DNA of 29,246 nucleotides, from assembly GCA_964637055.1 (NCBI GenBank), contig CAZWUD010000002.1:1-29246 (forward strand), in the 5' to 3' direction. This document shows positions 16,514 through 24,351 of this stretch, piece by piece. This DNA comes from an uncultured Candidatus Cloacimonadota bacterium (GTDB lineage: Bacteria; Cloacimonadota; Cloacimonadia; Cloacimonadales; Cloacimonadaceae). Both the position numbers and the translations under genes were made by a program. The first letter of the stretch is position 1, and every line of letters begins with the position of its first letter. The notes beneath the pieces were generated by a model. The model had not been told where the DNA came from and made no database searches. It saw only the letters and a list, made by a program, of their open reading frames with translations.

Positions 16514-16563
16514 AAACATCCGCAGCCCGGAAGCTGATTCCTCACATCAGCAGCATCGGAATG

Positions 16564-18294
16564 CTACTCTAGATCAGCATCTTGCTCTACAAATAATTCC
16601 AGATTCTCAAATTTGTTGATATTGACCTCTTTTTCGCTGGTGGCCTGATATTCGACGCGAACCCGGTCACCTTTTTGAGTGAGAGGCAGATAGCTGCTGA
16701 GATTGCTGGTGCTCACGAAGATCAAATCCGGACTTTCCGCCAGGGAAAAATAGTAGAAACTGCGTCCATCTTTGACATCGGCGGAGATGCGTGTGATGCT
16801 GCCATCCAGTTCAATCTGGGAATCCAGATCTTCCGACTCAGAGCCGATACTGGAGGTAACCAGCGTCATCTGATAGCTTTCGCGCGCGCTTTTCACGCTC
16901 TCGCCCACTCCCACCAGAGAGAAATCCCGCACCGAGACAAAGCAATACATCTTCACCAATCCCGCGGCGTCCTTGAGAGTCATGAAGTAGGTGGGCACAT
17001 TATTGAGATTCACCAGGATCGGGAAGGTGGCATAATACTTGAATTGCTGCACCTTACCCTGAGCCGATTTCATGGCGGCATATTCGGTGGCTCCGGAGAT
17101 CAGATAGAGTGAAGTCTTTTTGCTGCGGGTATCGGTCAGGACAAAGCCCACCGTGCCTTCATTTGCCCCCACAGAGGACATGCCCGTATAGAAATAACTG
17201 CGCCCGTCACCGCCATAGATGACGTTGTGTCCCTGGGTGGTAATCAGCATATCTCTTTTGCCAAAAAGGGTATTCCAAAAGCCATTTACATAGCGTCCCC
17301 ACCAGTTCAATTGCGGGATCACAAAATATGAGGGCTGCACGCGATCCACCCAGGCCGGGATCAGTGAATCATCAAATGAGCCATCTGCCAGCTTTTTCAA
17401 GGGATAGTAGCTGATTTCGCCGGTAGAGGCATGCACGGTCGCCAGTCCCAATGCATCAGGACCACTCACACCGATTTTGTGATTGTAAACCGTGATCGTC
17501 CAATAGGGCTGCCCCGCGTCATCCAGTTCAAAGGTATCGCCGGCCATGGCTATTCCGGTGTAGCCATTCAGATAGAGATGGCGCTTGAGGTCATGATTGA
17601 AATAAGCCTCACTCTGATAGCGGATCTGAATCGGTTTGCCATCCAGCTCCTGGACAAAGTGGATATCCTGAGAATTGGTGGCCGAGACCATGATGTAGCC
17701 CGGAGTGCCCTGTTCCCGATTGTTCAGCCATTTAAAAAAGCCGGAATGCAGTAGCGGCACCACCCAATAGAGATCGCCATCCACCATCTGAATGGTGGGA
17801 ATGCCCAGATTCACACGGCTGCCAAGAGCAAAATCCTCACCCAATTTCTTCTCGGCCAGAGCTGCGGCAAAGGTCTGATCAATGATCGGCACCTGGCTCA
17901 TTTTGATGGGAGAAACCAGGTCGGAAAATTCCGTGCTCTTGACCTCTCCGATCAGATTGCGATAGGACTTTGTCCGAAAGAAGCCGTTGGAAAAGAAAGG
18001 CAGTAAGATCAAGGCCGTCATCAGCAGAAAATAGATGACAGTCAGCGGCTTACGCAGTTTGGCTATTCCCCACAAGGGAAGCAGAACAAAGCCGAGGGCA
18101 ATCGTCCACGAGATGAAACGCAGATTCAAAACCGGCAGGTGAAAATATAAAAGATATGCCGCAAAAACCAGACTGCAGACTATCGCCAGCCAGGGGCGGA
18201 GGCGAAACTTCTTGAAATTGATGTTTATCTGTTGCGGCTGACCGCCTGTGGGCTGACCGTCGGTGCTTTGATTAATTCCCAATTTGTAATTCAT
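16564..18294 (-). CDS. Uncharacterised membrane-anchored protein (about 3 N-terminal TM, large extracytoplasmic region, C-terminal OB-fold-like segment)
   Basis: 576-aa ORF with an AGGAG RBS. Hydrophobic segments at ~aa 35-100. The rest is aromatic- and Gly-rich (WVVPLLHSGFFKW, PAWVDRVQP, GATEYAAMKSAQG, ATFPIL). Confidence 0.8.
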   Translation of the reverse strand: MNYKLGINQSTDGQPTGGQPQQININFKKFRLRPWLAIVCSLVFAAYLLYFHLPVLNLRFISWTIALGFVLLPLWGIAKLRKPLTVIYFLLMTALILLPFFSNGFFRTKSYRNLIGEVKSTEFSDLVSPIKMSQVPIIDQTFAAALAEKKLGEDFALGSRVNLGIPTIQMVDGDLYWVVPLLHSGFFKWLNNREQGTPGYIMVSATNSQDIHFVQELDGKPIQIRYQSEAYFNHDLKRHLYLNGYTGIAMAGDTFELDDAGQPYWTITVYNHKIGVSGPDALGLATVHASTGEISYYPLKKLADGSFDDSLIPAWVDRVQPSYFVIPQLNWWGRYVNGFWNTLFGKRDMLITTQGHNVIYGGDGRSYFYTGMSSVGANEGTVGFVLTDTRSKKTSLYLISGATEYAAMKSAQGKVQQFKYYATFPILVNLNNVPTYFMTLKDAAGLVKMYCFVSVRDFSLVGVGESVKSARESYQMTLVTSSIGSESEDLDSQIELDGSITRISADVKDGRSFYYFSLAESPDLIFVSTSNLSSYLPLTQKGDRVRVEYQATSEKEVNINKFENLELFVEQDADLE

Positions 18295-18536
18295 AGTAAC
18301 TCCTTATTTTATCGGAACCTTGAGCCAGTCTCTGCGGGATGCTGCCCCTGTCAAGGAGCTTATGCGGAAAAAGCTCTGTAAAAAGTCGGATTTGTGGAGA
18401 ATTTTCGTCAACGGGGAGTTATGTGAGAATCGAGGACAGCTCATCCCGTATATCGGAACTGACTAAATCTGCGCTTTGTATCTGGACTATCTACTTGAAA
18501 CAAAATCAGCAGGATTGAAATCCTGGTGTACAATGC

Positions 18537-18562
18537 AAAACAGGCGCCCCGCAAGGCGCCTG
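18537..18562 (-). terminator. Intrinsic terminator downstream of hsp20
   Basis: Perfect 8-bp stem CAGGCGCC/GGCGCCTG followed by TTTT on the minus strand. Confidence 0.75.
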
Positions 18563-18582
18563 CTTCCTGATCTGTAATGAAA

Positions 18583-19020
18583 TCAGTTGATACGGATCTC
18601 TTTTTTGGGAGTCGGCTCTTTTTTGGGAATAGTGAGCTGTAGGACTCCATCTTCCATCTTGGCAGAGATCTTGGCAGCGTCAGCATTTTCAGGCAGCATC
18701 AGATTGCGTCTGTAACTGCCGCTATAACGCTCACAGCGATAGACTGTGCCCTTTTCCTCTTCCTTCTTTTCGCTGCAACTGGCTTCCAGAAGCAACTGGT
18801 TTTCGTGCACAGAAATCTTCACGTTGTCCTTTTTGAATCCGGGCAAATTTGCCATAATCATATATTCTTTATCCTGTTCGGTAATATCCATAGCCATAGC
18901 CCGGAAATTATCCTCAGAAGTCTCTTCTTCAAACGCATGGCTGAAGAAGTCGTCAAACAAGCTGAGCATATTGCTCATGGGTCTGATTTCGCTGTTTCTG
19001 CGATAAGGTATGATCTTCAT
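18583..19020 (-). CDS. Small heat shock protein, Hsp20/alpha-crystallin family
   Basis: AMDITEQDKEYMIMANLPGFKKDNVKI, ERYSGSYRR and AKMEDGVLQLTIPK. ATG at 19020 follows a GGAGG RBS; the ORF-track TTG extension covers the promoter. Confidence 0.96.
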   Translation of the reverse strand: MKIIPYRRNSEIRPMSNMLSLFDDFFSHAFEEETSEDNFRAMAMDITEQDKEYMIMANLPGFKKDNVKISVHENQLLLEASCSEKKEEEKGTVYRCERYSGSYRRNLMLPENADAAKISAKMEDGVLQLTIPKKEPTPKKEIRIN

Positions 19021-19051
19021 TGTAACCTCCAGTTTTTTTTGATCTAATACT

Positions 19052-19079
19052 AATATAACCGGAATATCCCTTTTGTCAA
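19052..19079 (-). promoter_or_regulatory. sigma70-type promoter of hsp20
   Basis: TTGACA (19074-19079), 16-bp spacer, TATATT (19052-19057). Confidence 0.65.
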
Positions 19080-19081
19080 GC

Positions 19082-19116
19082 AAAAACTGGCAGTCCCGCC
19101 GTGAGACTGCTAGTTT
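19082..19116 (-). terminator. Intrinsic terminator downstream of the M6 protease gene
   Basis: 12-bp stem AAACTGGCAGTC/GACTGCTAGTTT with one non-Watson-Crick pair; the minus-strand hairpin ends in a T-tract. Confidence 0.75.
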
Positions 19117-19136
19117 AACTGTCGGGGCAGGGCTAA

Positions 19137-21830
19137 TTACTTACTTAATACCATCTTGCGATTCAAGGTCTCGCTACCTGAGCGCATGCGGTAGAGGTAG
19201 ATTCCGCTACCGACAGGCTCGCCGGAGGAGTCTCTGCCGTCCCAGCTCACGCTGATCTGACTGCGGCCGGGGATTCCGGAAAAGAGCTTGCGCACGGCCT
19301 GGCCCTTGCTATTATAGATCGTCAGTGAGGCCGGCAGACCGGGATCCTTCACCTGAAAACTGATGGTGGTGCTGGGATTGAAGGGATTGGGATAGTTTTG
19401 TTCCAGCAGGTTTTGAGCAGGAGCAGCGAGCTCATCGTCGTTATCCACCCAGTCTCCGGTGCTAAATCTGCGGGCGCTGGTGAAGCTCGAACTGGCATAG
19501 CTATTTTGCGCTGAGACCCGCCAGTAGTAATTGGTATTCGGCTCCAATATCGGGGCGTCCACCCTGGTCTGGGTCAGATTCTCGAGATCGACCACGGGGT
19601 TGCTAAAGAAGGCGTTGGGGGCTATCTGCAAGCGGTAGGTCTCCGCCAGGAAGCTTGAGCTCCAGTGCATTTCAGGATTACGAGCTTGATTGGTGGCATA
19701 ATTTGGCGGGCTCATCAGGGAGGGGACCTCCGGAGCTTCGCTGAGGGGGCCGGTGATAAATTGAACCGGATTGCTATAGAAGCTGATGCCGACTTCGCCG
19801 ACGCTGGCCACCTGCCAATAGTAGATGCTAAAAGGTTCCAGTCCGCTGCTTTGATAGAAGGCATCAGGATGATCCACCAGATTGATCACGACATCCTCAA
19901 ATTCCAGATCGCGACTCAGCCGGAAATAGTAGCTATCTGCACCCGGCACTTCTTCCCAGCTAAAGAGTGGATTGGTGGGCACATCTTCCTGCATATCAGC
20001 CGGATAAACGAGCTCAGGGATGGCCATGCTGCTGATGACATTAAAGGGATGCAGCGAGCTATCCCAATGGTTATTGCTATTCAAAGTGATGCGCACCAGG
20101 CAGAATTCAGAATCTATCACCGGGATATTCATCCAGGTGTAGGATCCGCTATTTTGAACCTGATCCGCGATCAAGATCCAATTGTCACCCAGATCCGTGC
20201 TATATTCCAGTTTGACAGTCCCGAGGCCGTTTTTGCTGATCCATTGAATCTGTTTATTGGTGCCGGAAAACCAGGTTTCCCCGCCGATGGGGCTCCTGAG
20301 CTGCACATCCGTGATGCGCACGTCAAAAGAAATGGTCTCGCCGACAAAACCGATATTATACAGATAGAGTCCACCTGAGGTATTGATGCCGGAAAATCCG
20401 CTGGGGACTGTATTTTCGGTCATCATTGTGCGCAGGTTTTGCTGGGAAAATGCCGCCTGGCTCAGGCTGCCATTTGTGGTGGTGTTATTGGCTCCCGGGC
20501 GATAGATATAGAGTTCATCCGGAGGACCGTCGGCATTCCCATTGATCTGGGGATTCAGTCTATAGACCAGCAGTCCTTCTCCGGGGAGGGTGCTATCATA
20601 GAGCTGATGCGCCTTACGGTATTCCAGCACAAAAGATTCTCCCGAGCGCCAGGAAGCAATGCGGTAGATATTGTTTGTGGATGAACTGGCCACGGGATGC
20701 AGGGTATAGCTGCCGGACTCGGTGATCCAGGGCGGATCTGTGAGCCACTGGCCGTAGCGATATTTCATCCAGGCGCTCATGTGTTGAGGCGGATTGGTAT
20801 TGCCCGACATCAGGTCCCAATTTCCGATGGGAGTGATGGTATTGTCATTGTAACGGTAGAGATCCGGCGCTCCCAGAGAGTGAAACATCTCGTGCGCCAA
20901 CACGCTGGCTCCGCTATAATTCAGAGAGCTTTCAAGCTGGAAATTGAAATCCCAGACCTGAGCTCCGTGGATGAAAGCATCCGCAGCATAGAGTACCCAG
21001 CGGTGCGGCCAGAGCAATTCTGCCCATCCATCTGTGGCTCCCTGGATGATGAAGCAGACGTTGTCCACATAGCCGTCGTCATCCATATCCAGATCCAGAC
21101 TCATCGGGATCATATCCGCCACATAATCGATGGCATTGGCCAAAAGGGTGTGTTCACGATTGGTGCGTTCCCAAAAGTCATCCTCATCATAGCCGATGGG
21201 ATTGGAGGCCGTTTGCTTGCGGTAGTAATTGCGCGGGTGGCTGTCGATGTAGCTGACGATCTGATCGCCCACAGCTTCCGGGTAATAGAAAGAATCCACG
21301 GTCAATTGGTTGTAAGATGCTGCGGTAAAGTAGTTTTTCATGGAGTTTGCATTGGCGCTGCTGTTATTGAACATATTGTCATAATATGAGAGGCCCTGCG
21401 CAAAATCCGGATCATCGGAAAAGCGGATGAAGACCACCAGGTTATTGAACTGGCCGGTATTCGGGGAACGTCCGTTGGAATAATCCCGCATGGAGCTCAT
21501 GCGTTCATAGCGCTCCGCGATCAAGCGCGGGGAGAGATTGATCCCCGGGTTCAGTGATCTTTGGGCAGGCTTGTCCAGGCCGGCTTTCAGCTCTGTGGGC
21601 ATGACCCCCTCTTTATCTTTGGCGGCATATACATACCAGCCCCCATCGTCTTTGACAATGGTATAGTTGTCTTTGTCGTGCAACCAATTGTGAAATTCAT
21701 CACCACTGGCAAAAATCTCGATTTGACTGCCGTCCGGCTGCTCTACAGTCATAGGCAAAAAGCTGTGGGGTGCGCCCAAAAGCATGGTCCCCAGCAGGCT
21801 CAGCATTATCACAAAGGTAAGTCTTTTCAT
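19137..21830 (-). CDS. Secreted M6-family (immune inhibitor A-like) metalloprotease with Ig/FN3-like repeats and a FlgD-Ig/T9SS-like C-terminal domain
   Basis: Signal peptide, QPDG...GDEF propeptide, HEMFHSLGAPDLY (HExxHxxGxxD), Met-turn WDLMSG, SPIGGETW Ig-like domain, two FN3-like modules and YPNPFNPST...WDGRD...GIYLYRM. Confidence 0.93.
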   Translation of the reverse strand: MKRLTFVIMLSLLGTMLLGAPHSFLPMTVEQPDGSQIEIFASGDEFHNWLHDKDNYTIVKDDGGWYVYAAKDKEGVMPTELKAGLDKPAQRSLNPGINLSPRLIAERYERMSSMRDYSNGRSPNTGQFNNLVVFIRFSDDPDFAQGLSYYDNMFNNSSANANSMKNYFTAASYNQLTVDSFYYPEAVGDQIVSYIDSHPRNYYRKQTASNPIGYDEDDFWERTNREHTLLANAIDYVADMIPMSLDLDMDDDGYVDNVCFIIQGATDGWAELLWPHRWVLYAADAFIHGAQVWDFNFQLESSLNYSGASVLAHEMFHSLGAPDLYRYNDNTITPIGNWDLMSGNTNPPQHMSAWMKYRYGQWLTDPPWITESGSYTLHPVASSSTNNIYRIASWRSGESFVLEYRKAHQLYDSTLPGEGLLVYRLNPQINGNADGPPDELYIYRPGANNTTTNGSLSQAAFSQQNLRTMMTENTVPSGFSGINTSGGLYLYNIGFVGETISFDVRITDVQLRSPIGGETWFSGTNKQIQWISKNGLGTVKLEYSTDLGDNWILIADQVQNSGSYTWMNIPVIDSEFCLVRITLNSNNHWDSSLHPFNVISSMAIPELVYPADMQEDVPTNPLFSWEEVPGADSYYFRLSRDLEFEDVVINLVDHPDAFYQSSGLEPFSIYYWQVASVGEVGISFYSNPVQFITGPLSEAPEVPSLMSPPNYATNQARNPEMHWSSSFLAETYRLQIAPNAFFSNPVVDLENLTQTRVDAPILEPNTNYYWRVSAQNSYASSSFTSARRFSTGDWVDNDDELAAPAQNLLEQNYPNPFNPSTTISFQVKDPGLPASLTIYNSKGQAVRKLFSGIPGRSQISVSWDGRDSSGEPVGSGIYLYRMRSGSETLNRKMVLSK

Positions 21831-21857
21831 AATATATATCCTTAGTTTAGTTTAGCT

Positions 21858-22202
21858 CTATCTCGCAGCAACGCTGCACTTTTCGTTACAATCACATTTA
21901 TAGCTTTGCCGCAGGGGCGATATCTTCAGCCTCCGGGCAAAGAAAAAAGTCTCCAGATCCAGGCGAAATCCGCCGAATTCCTCCAGCAAATCATGAGGAA
22001 TCCAGATCTTCAGACCGTCCAGCTCCACCTTGTGATCCTTATTTTGCACCGGCTCGAAGAAGAGGCGAAAATTTGCCCCGCTACAACTTCGTTTTGCCAG
22101 CACAATTCTGGGCACGCGCGCCCTGGAAAGAAAGTAATCCACCTTCTTTTTCAGATAAGCGCCGGCCTTCCCGGAGATCTTTATGTGTACTGAATTGTCC
22201 AT
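21858..22202 (-). CDS. Small HesB/IscA-fold-like protein with a Cys motif
   Basis: 114 aa with an RBS and promoter. IKISGKAG...RIVLAKRSCSGANFRLFF...DHKVELDGLKIWI resembles the A-type carrier pattern; C-terminal CDCNEKC. Confidence 0.6.
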   Translation of the reverse strand: MDNSVHIKISGKAGAYLKKKVDYFLSRARVPRIVLAKRSCSGANFRLFFEPVQNKDHKVELDGLKIWIPHDLLEEFGGFRLDLETFFFARRLKISPLRQSYKCDCNEKCSVAAR

Positions 22203-22226
22203 AATCCGATATTCCCCTTACAAGAC

Positions 22227-22255
22227 ATTATACAAGATCTATTCCAGAAAGACAA
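22227..22255 (-). promoter_or_regulatory. sigma70-type promoter of the HesB-like gene and probably the M6 protease gene
   Basis: TTGTCT (22250-22255), 17-bp spacer, TATAAT (22227-22232). Confidence 0.65.
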
Positions 22256-22279
22256 TAAATTAGTTGTGGAGCAATAGAA

Positions 22280-22445
22280 CGCAGATCTAACGGATCGGAT
22301 GGATTTCTACGATAAATGAGCTTGAAAGGGAGTGTAATTGAGGATTGAAAATTGAGAATGGAAAAATCGGCGGAATCTGCGCTTTTATCTGCGCAAATCT
22401 GCGTGAACCCGTGTGAGCCCGAGTGATCAGCGTGGTCTGTGTGCC
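22280..22445 (+). repeat. CGCAGAT...ATCTGCG-bracketed element with short tandem repeats, copy 2
   Basis: 38-nt head shared with 16374-16411. Four degenerate heptamers AATTGAG/GATTGAA/AATTGAG/AATGGAA (22336-22363), three ATCTGCG (22375, 22387, 22397), then 9-10-mers ending in GTG. Confidence 0.75.
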
Positions 22446-22462
22446 ACCTGCACAATCCTTGC

Positions 22463-22490
22463 TTGACAAATCATGCCCCATTCAGAATAT
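22463..22490 (+). promoter_or_regulatory. Candidate lepA promoter
   Basis: Perfect TTGACA at 22463-22468, but only a weak -10 (GAATAT, 16-bp spacer). Confidence 0.4.
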
Positions 22491-22546
22491 GTCAATTGGC
22501 TTTATGTGCTTATCTGCGCAAGGCCTTAAAAACATAAGGACATAGC

Positions 22547-24346
22547 ATGAAACAAAAATATATACGCAATTTCTGCATTATCGCTCATATTGATCACGGT
22601 AAGTCCACTTTGGCTGACCGCTTTTTGGAAAGCACAAATGTGATCGGCAAAGGCATGGAAGTAGCCCAACTCCTGGACACCATGGATCTGGAACGGGAAA
22701 AGGGCATCACCATCAAGTCCCACGCCATCCGCATGGTGCACAAGTATCAGGGACAGGATTATATCCTGAATCTGATCGACACCCCCGGACACGTGGATTT
22801 TTCCTATGAAGTATCCCGCGCACTGGCTTCCTGCGAAGGCGCTATCCTGCTGGTGGATGCATCTCAGGGCATTGAAGCTCAGACCATGAGCAACCTCTAT
22901 CTGGCCATGGATAACGAACTGGATATCCTGCCGGTGTTAAACAAGATAGATCTGCCCAAAGCGGATGTGGAAGGGACCCGCCACGAGGTCGTCGAGACCC
23001 TGGGCTGTAGCCCGGATGAGATCTTGAACGTGAGCGCCAAGACTGGCGAAGGCGTCACCGAGCTGCTGAATGCGGTGGTCGATCATCTTCCCGCTCCAAA
23101 GGGAGAGGAAAAAGCCCCCCCACAGGCTTTGATCTTTGACTCCTATTTTGATATGTATCGCGGCGTGGTGGTATTGGTGAGGCTCTTTCAGGGCAGCCTG
23201 CAAAAGGGTGACAAGATCCGGCTCTTTAGCACAAATCGGGAATACGAGATCGAAGAAATCGGTTATCTGGGGCTGAAATTTCAAGCTCAAAATGAGCTGC
23301 TCACCGGAGAAGCGGGATATATCATCGCCAATATCAAAGAGGTGGCAGACGCCCGCGTGGGCGATACCATCACCCTGGTCAAGGGCGGCTGCAAGAGTCC
23401 CCTGCCGGGATTTTTGGAGCCCAAACCGATGGTCTACAGCGGCATCTTCCCCATCAATGGAGATGACTATGGCAATCTGGTGGAAGCCATCGCCAAGCTC
23501 AAGCTCAATGACGCATCACTCATCTATGAAAAGGAAAGTTCGGCGGCTCTGGGTTACGGTTTCCGTTGTGGATTCCTGGGCATGCTGCATCTGGAGATCG
23601 TCAAAGAGCGGATGATGCGCGAATATAATATCCCCATCATCGCCACCACACCCAGCGTGCGCTTCAAGATCACGCTGAAAAACGGCGAAGAGATCGAAGT
23701 CCACAATCCTATCGACTTTCCGGATCCGTCTTATATAGAGTATATTTGCGAACCTTATATGAATACGGAGATCATCGTGCCCTCAGACTACATCGGCAAT
23801 ATCATGAAGCTGGCGCAGGATCGCCGCGGTGTTCAGAAAAACATCCAGTATATCGATGAAAAAAGGGTGGCCCTGCACTACGAGATGCCGCTGATTGAGA
23901 TCATCTTTGACTTTTATGACAAATTGAAGACCGTGAGCCGTGGCTATGCCTCGCTGGATTTTAGTTTCAATGAATTCAGGGAGTCCAAGGTGGTGAAAGT
24001 GGACATTCTGATCAACGGTGAAAAGGTGGATGCCATGAGCTTTATCTGTCATGAAGAAAAGGCTCATACCTGGGGCAAAAGCATCACCAAAACCCTCTCC
24101 GAAGTGATCCCGCGGCACATGTTTAAGATCGCCCTGCAGGCCAGTATCGGCGCCAAAGTCATCGCCCGCAGCACCATCAATGCCATGCGCAAAGACGTTT
24201 TGGCAAAATGCTATGGCGGTGACGTCAGCCGTAAACGCAAGCTTTTGGAAAAACAGAAAGAAGGCAAAAAGAAGATGAAGGAAATCGGCAATGTGACCGT
24301 TCCTCAGGAAGCCTTCCTGGCTGTGCTCAAGTCAGACCGGGATTAA
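22547..24346 (+). CDS. lepA: Translation elongation factor 4
   Basis: RNFCIIAHIDHGKSTLADR, EREKGITIK, DTPGHVDF, NKIDLP, GFRCGFLGMLH and the LepA C-terminus KCYGGDVSRKRKLLEKQKEGKK. Confidence 0.99.
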   Translation: MKQKYIRNFCIIAHIDHGKSTLADRFLESTNVIGKGMEVAQLLDTMDLEREKGITIKSHAIRMVHKYQGQDYILNLIDTPGHVDFSYEVSRALASCEGAILLVDASQGIEAQTMSNLYLAMDNELDILPVLNKIDLPKADVEGTRHEVVETLGCSPDEILNVSAKTGEGVTELLNAVVDHLPAPKGEEKAPPQALIFDSYFDMYRGVVVLVRLFQGSLQKGDKIRLFSTNREYEIEEIGYLGLKFQAQNELLTGEAGYIIANIKEVADARVGDTITLVKGGCKSPLPGFLEPKPMVYSGIFPINGDDYGNLVEAIAKLKLNDASLIYEKESSAALGYGFRCGFLGMLHLEIVKERMMREYNIPIIATTPSVRFKITLKNGEEIEVHNPIDFPDPSYIEYICEPYMNTEIIVPSDYIGNIMKLAQDRRGVQKNIQYIDEKRVALHYEMPLIEIIFDFYDKLKTVSRGYASLDFSFNEFRESKVVKVDILINGEKVDAMSFICHEEKAHTWGKSITKTLSEVIPRHMFKIALQASIGAKVIARSTINAMRKDVLAKCYGGDVSRKRKLLEKQKEGKKKMKEIGNVTVPQEAFLAVLKSDRD

Positions 24347-24351
24347 GCACC

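Noticed and set aside
16118-16545. Short ORFs in the htpX upstream region
   Set aside because: The translations (SLKPLKLLNL, SSLSSFS) simply reflect the tandem repeats and hairpins.
18340-18530. Small hairpins (GAGCTT/AAGCTC, CAGGAT/ATCCTG), a TTGACA at 18349-18354 and a lone ATCTGCG at 18467
   Set aside because: Six-bp stems and single 7-mers are expected by chance in 29 kb, and no convincing -10 accompanies the TTGACA.
21858-22202. HesB-like selenoprotein
   Set aside because: There is no in-frame TGA; all the candidate positions are Cys codons.
22228-22481. Short ORFs across the divergent promoter region
   Set aside because: The peptides (ADSADFSILNFQS) are translations of the heptamer and ATCTGCG repeats, and they overlap a promoter.
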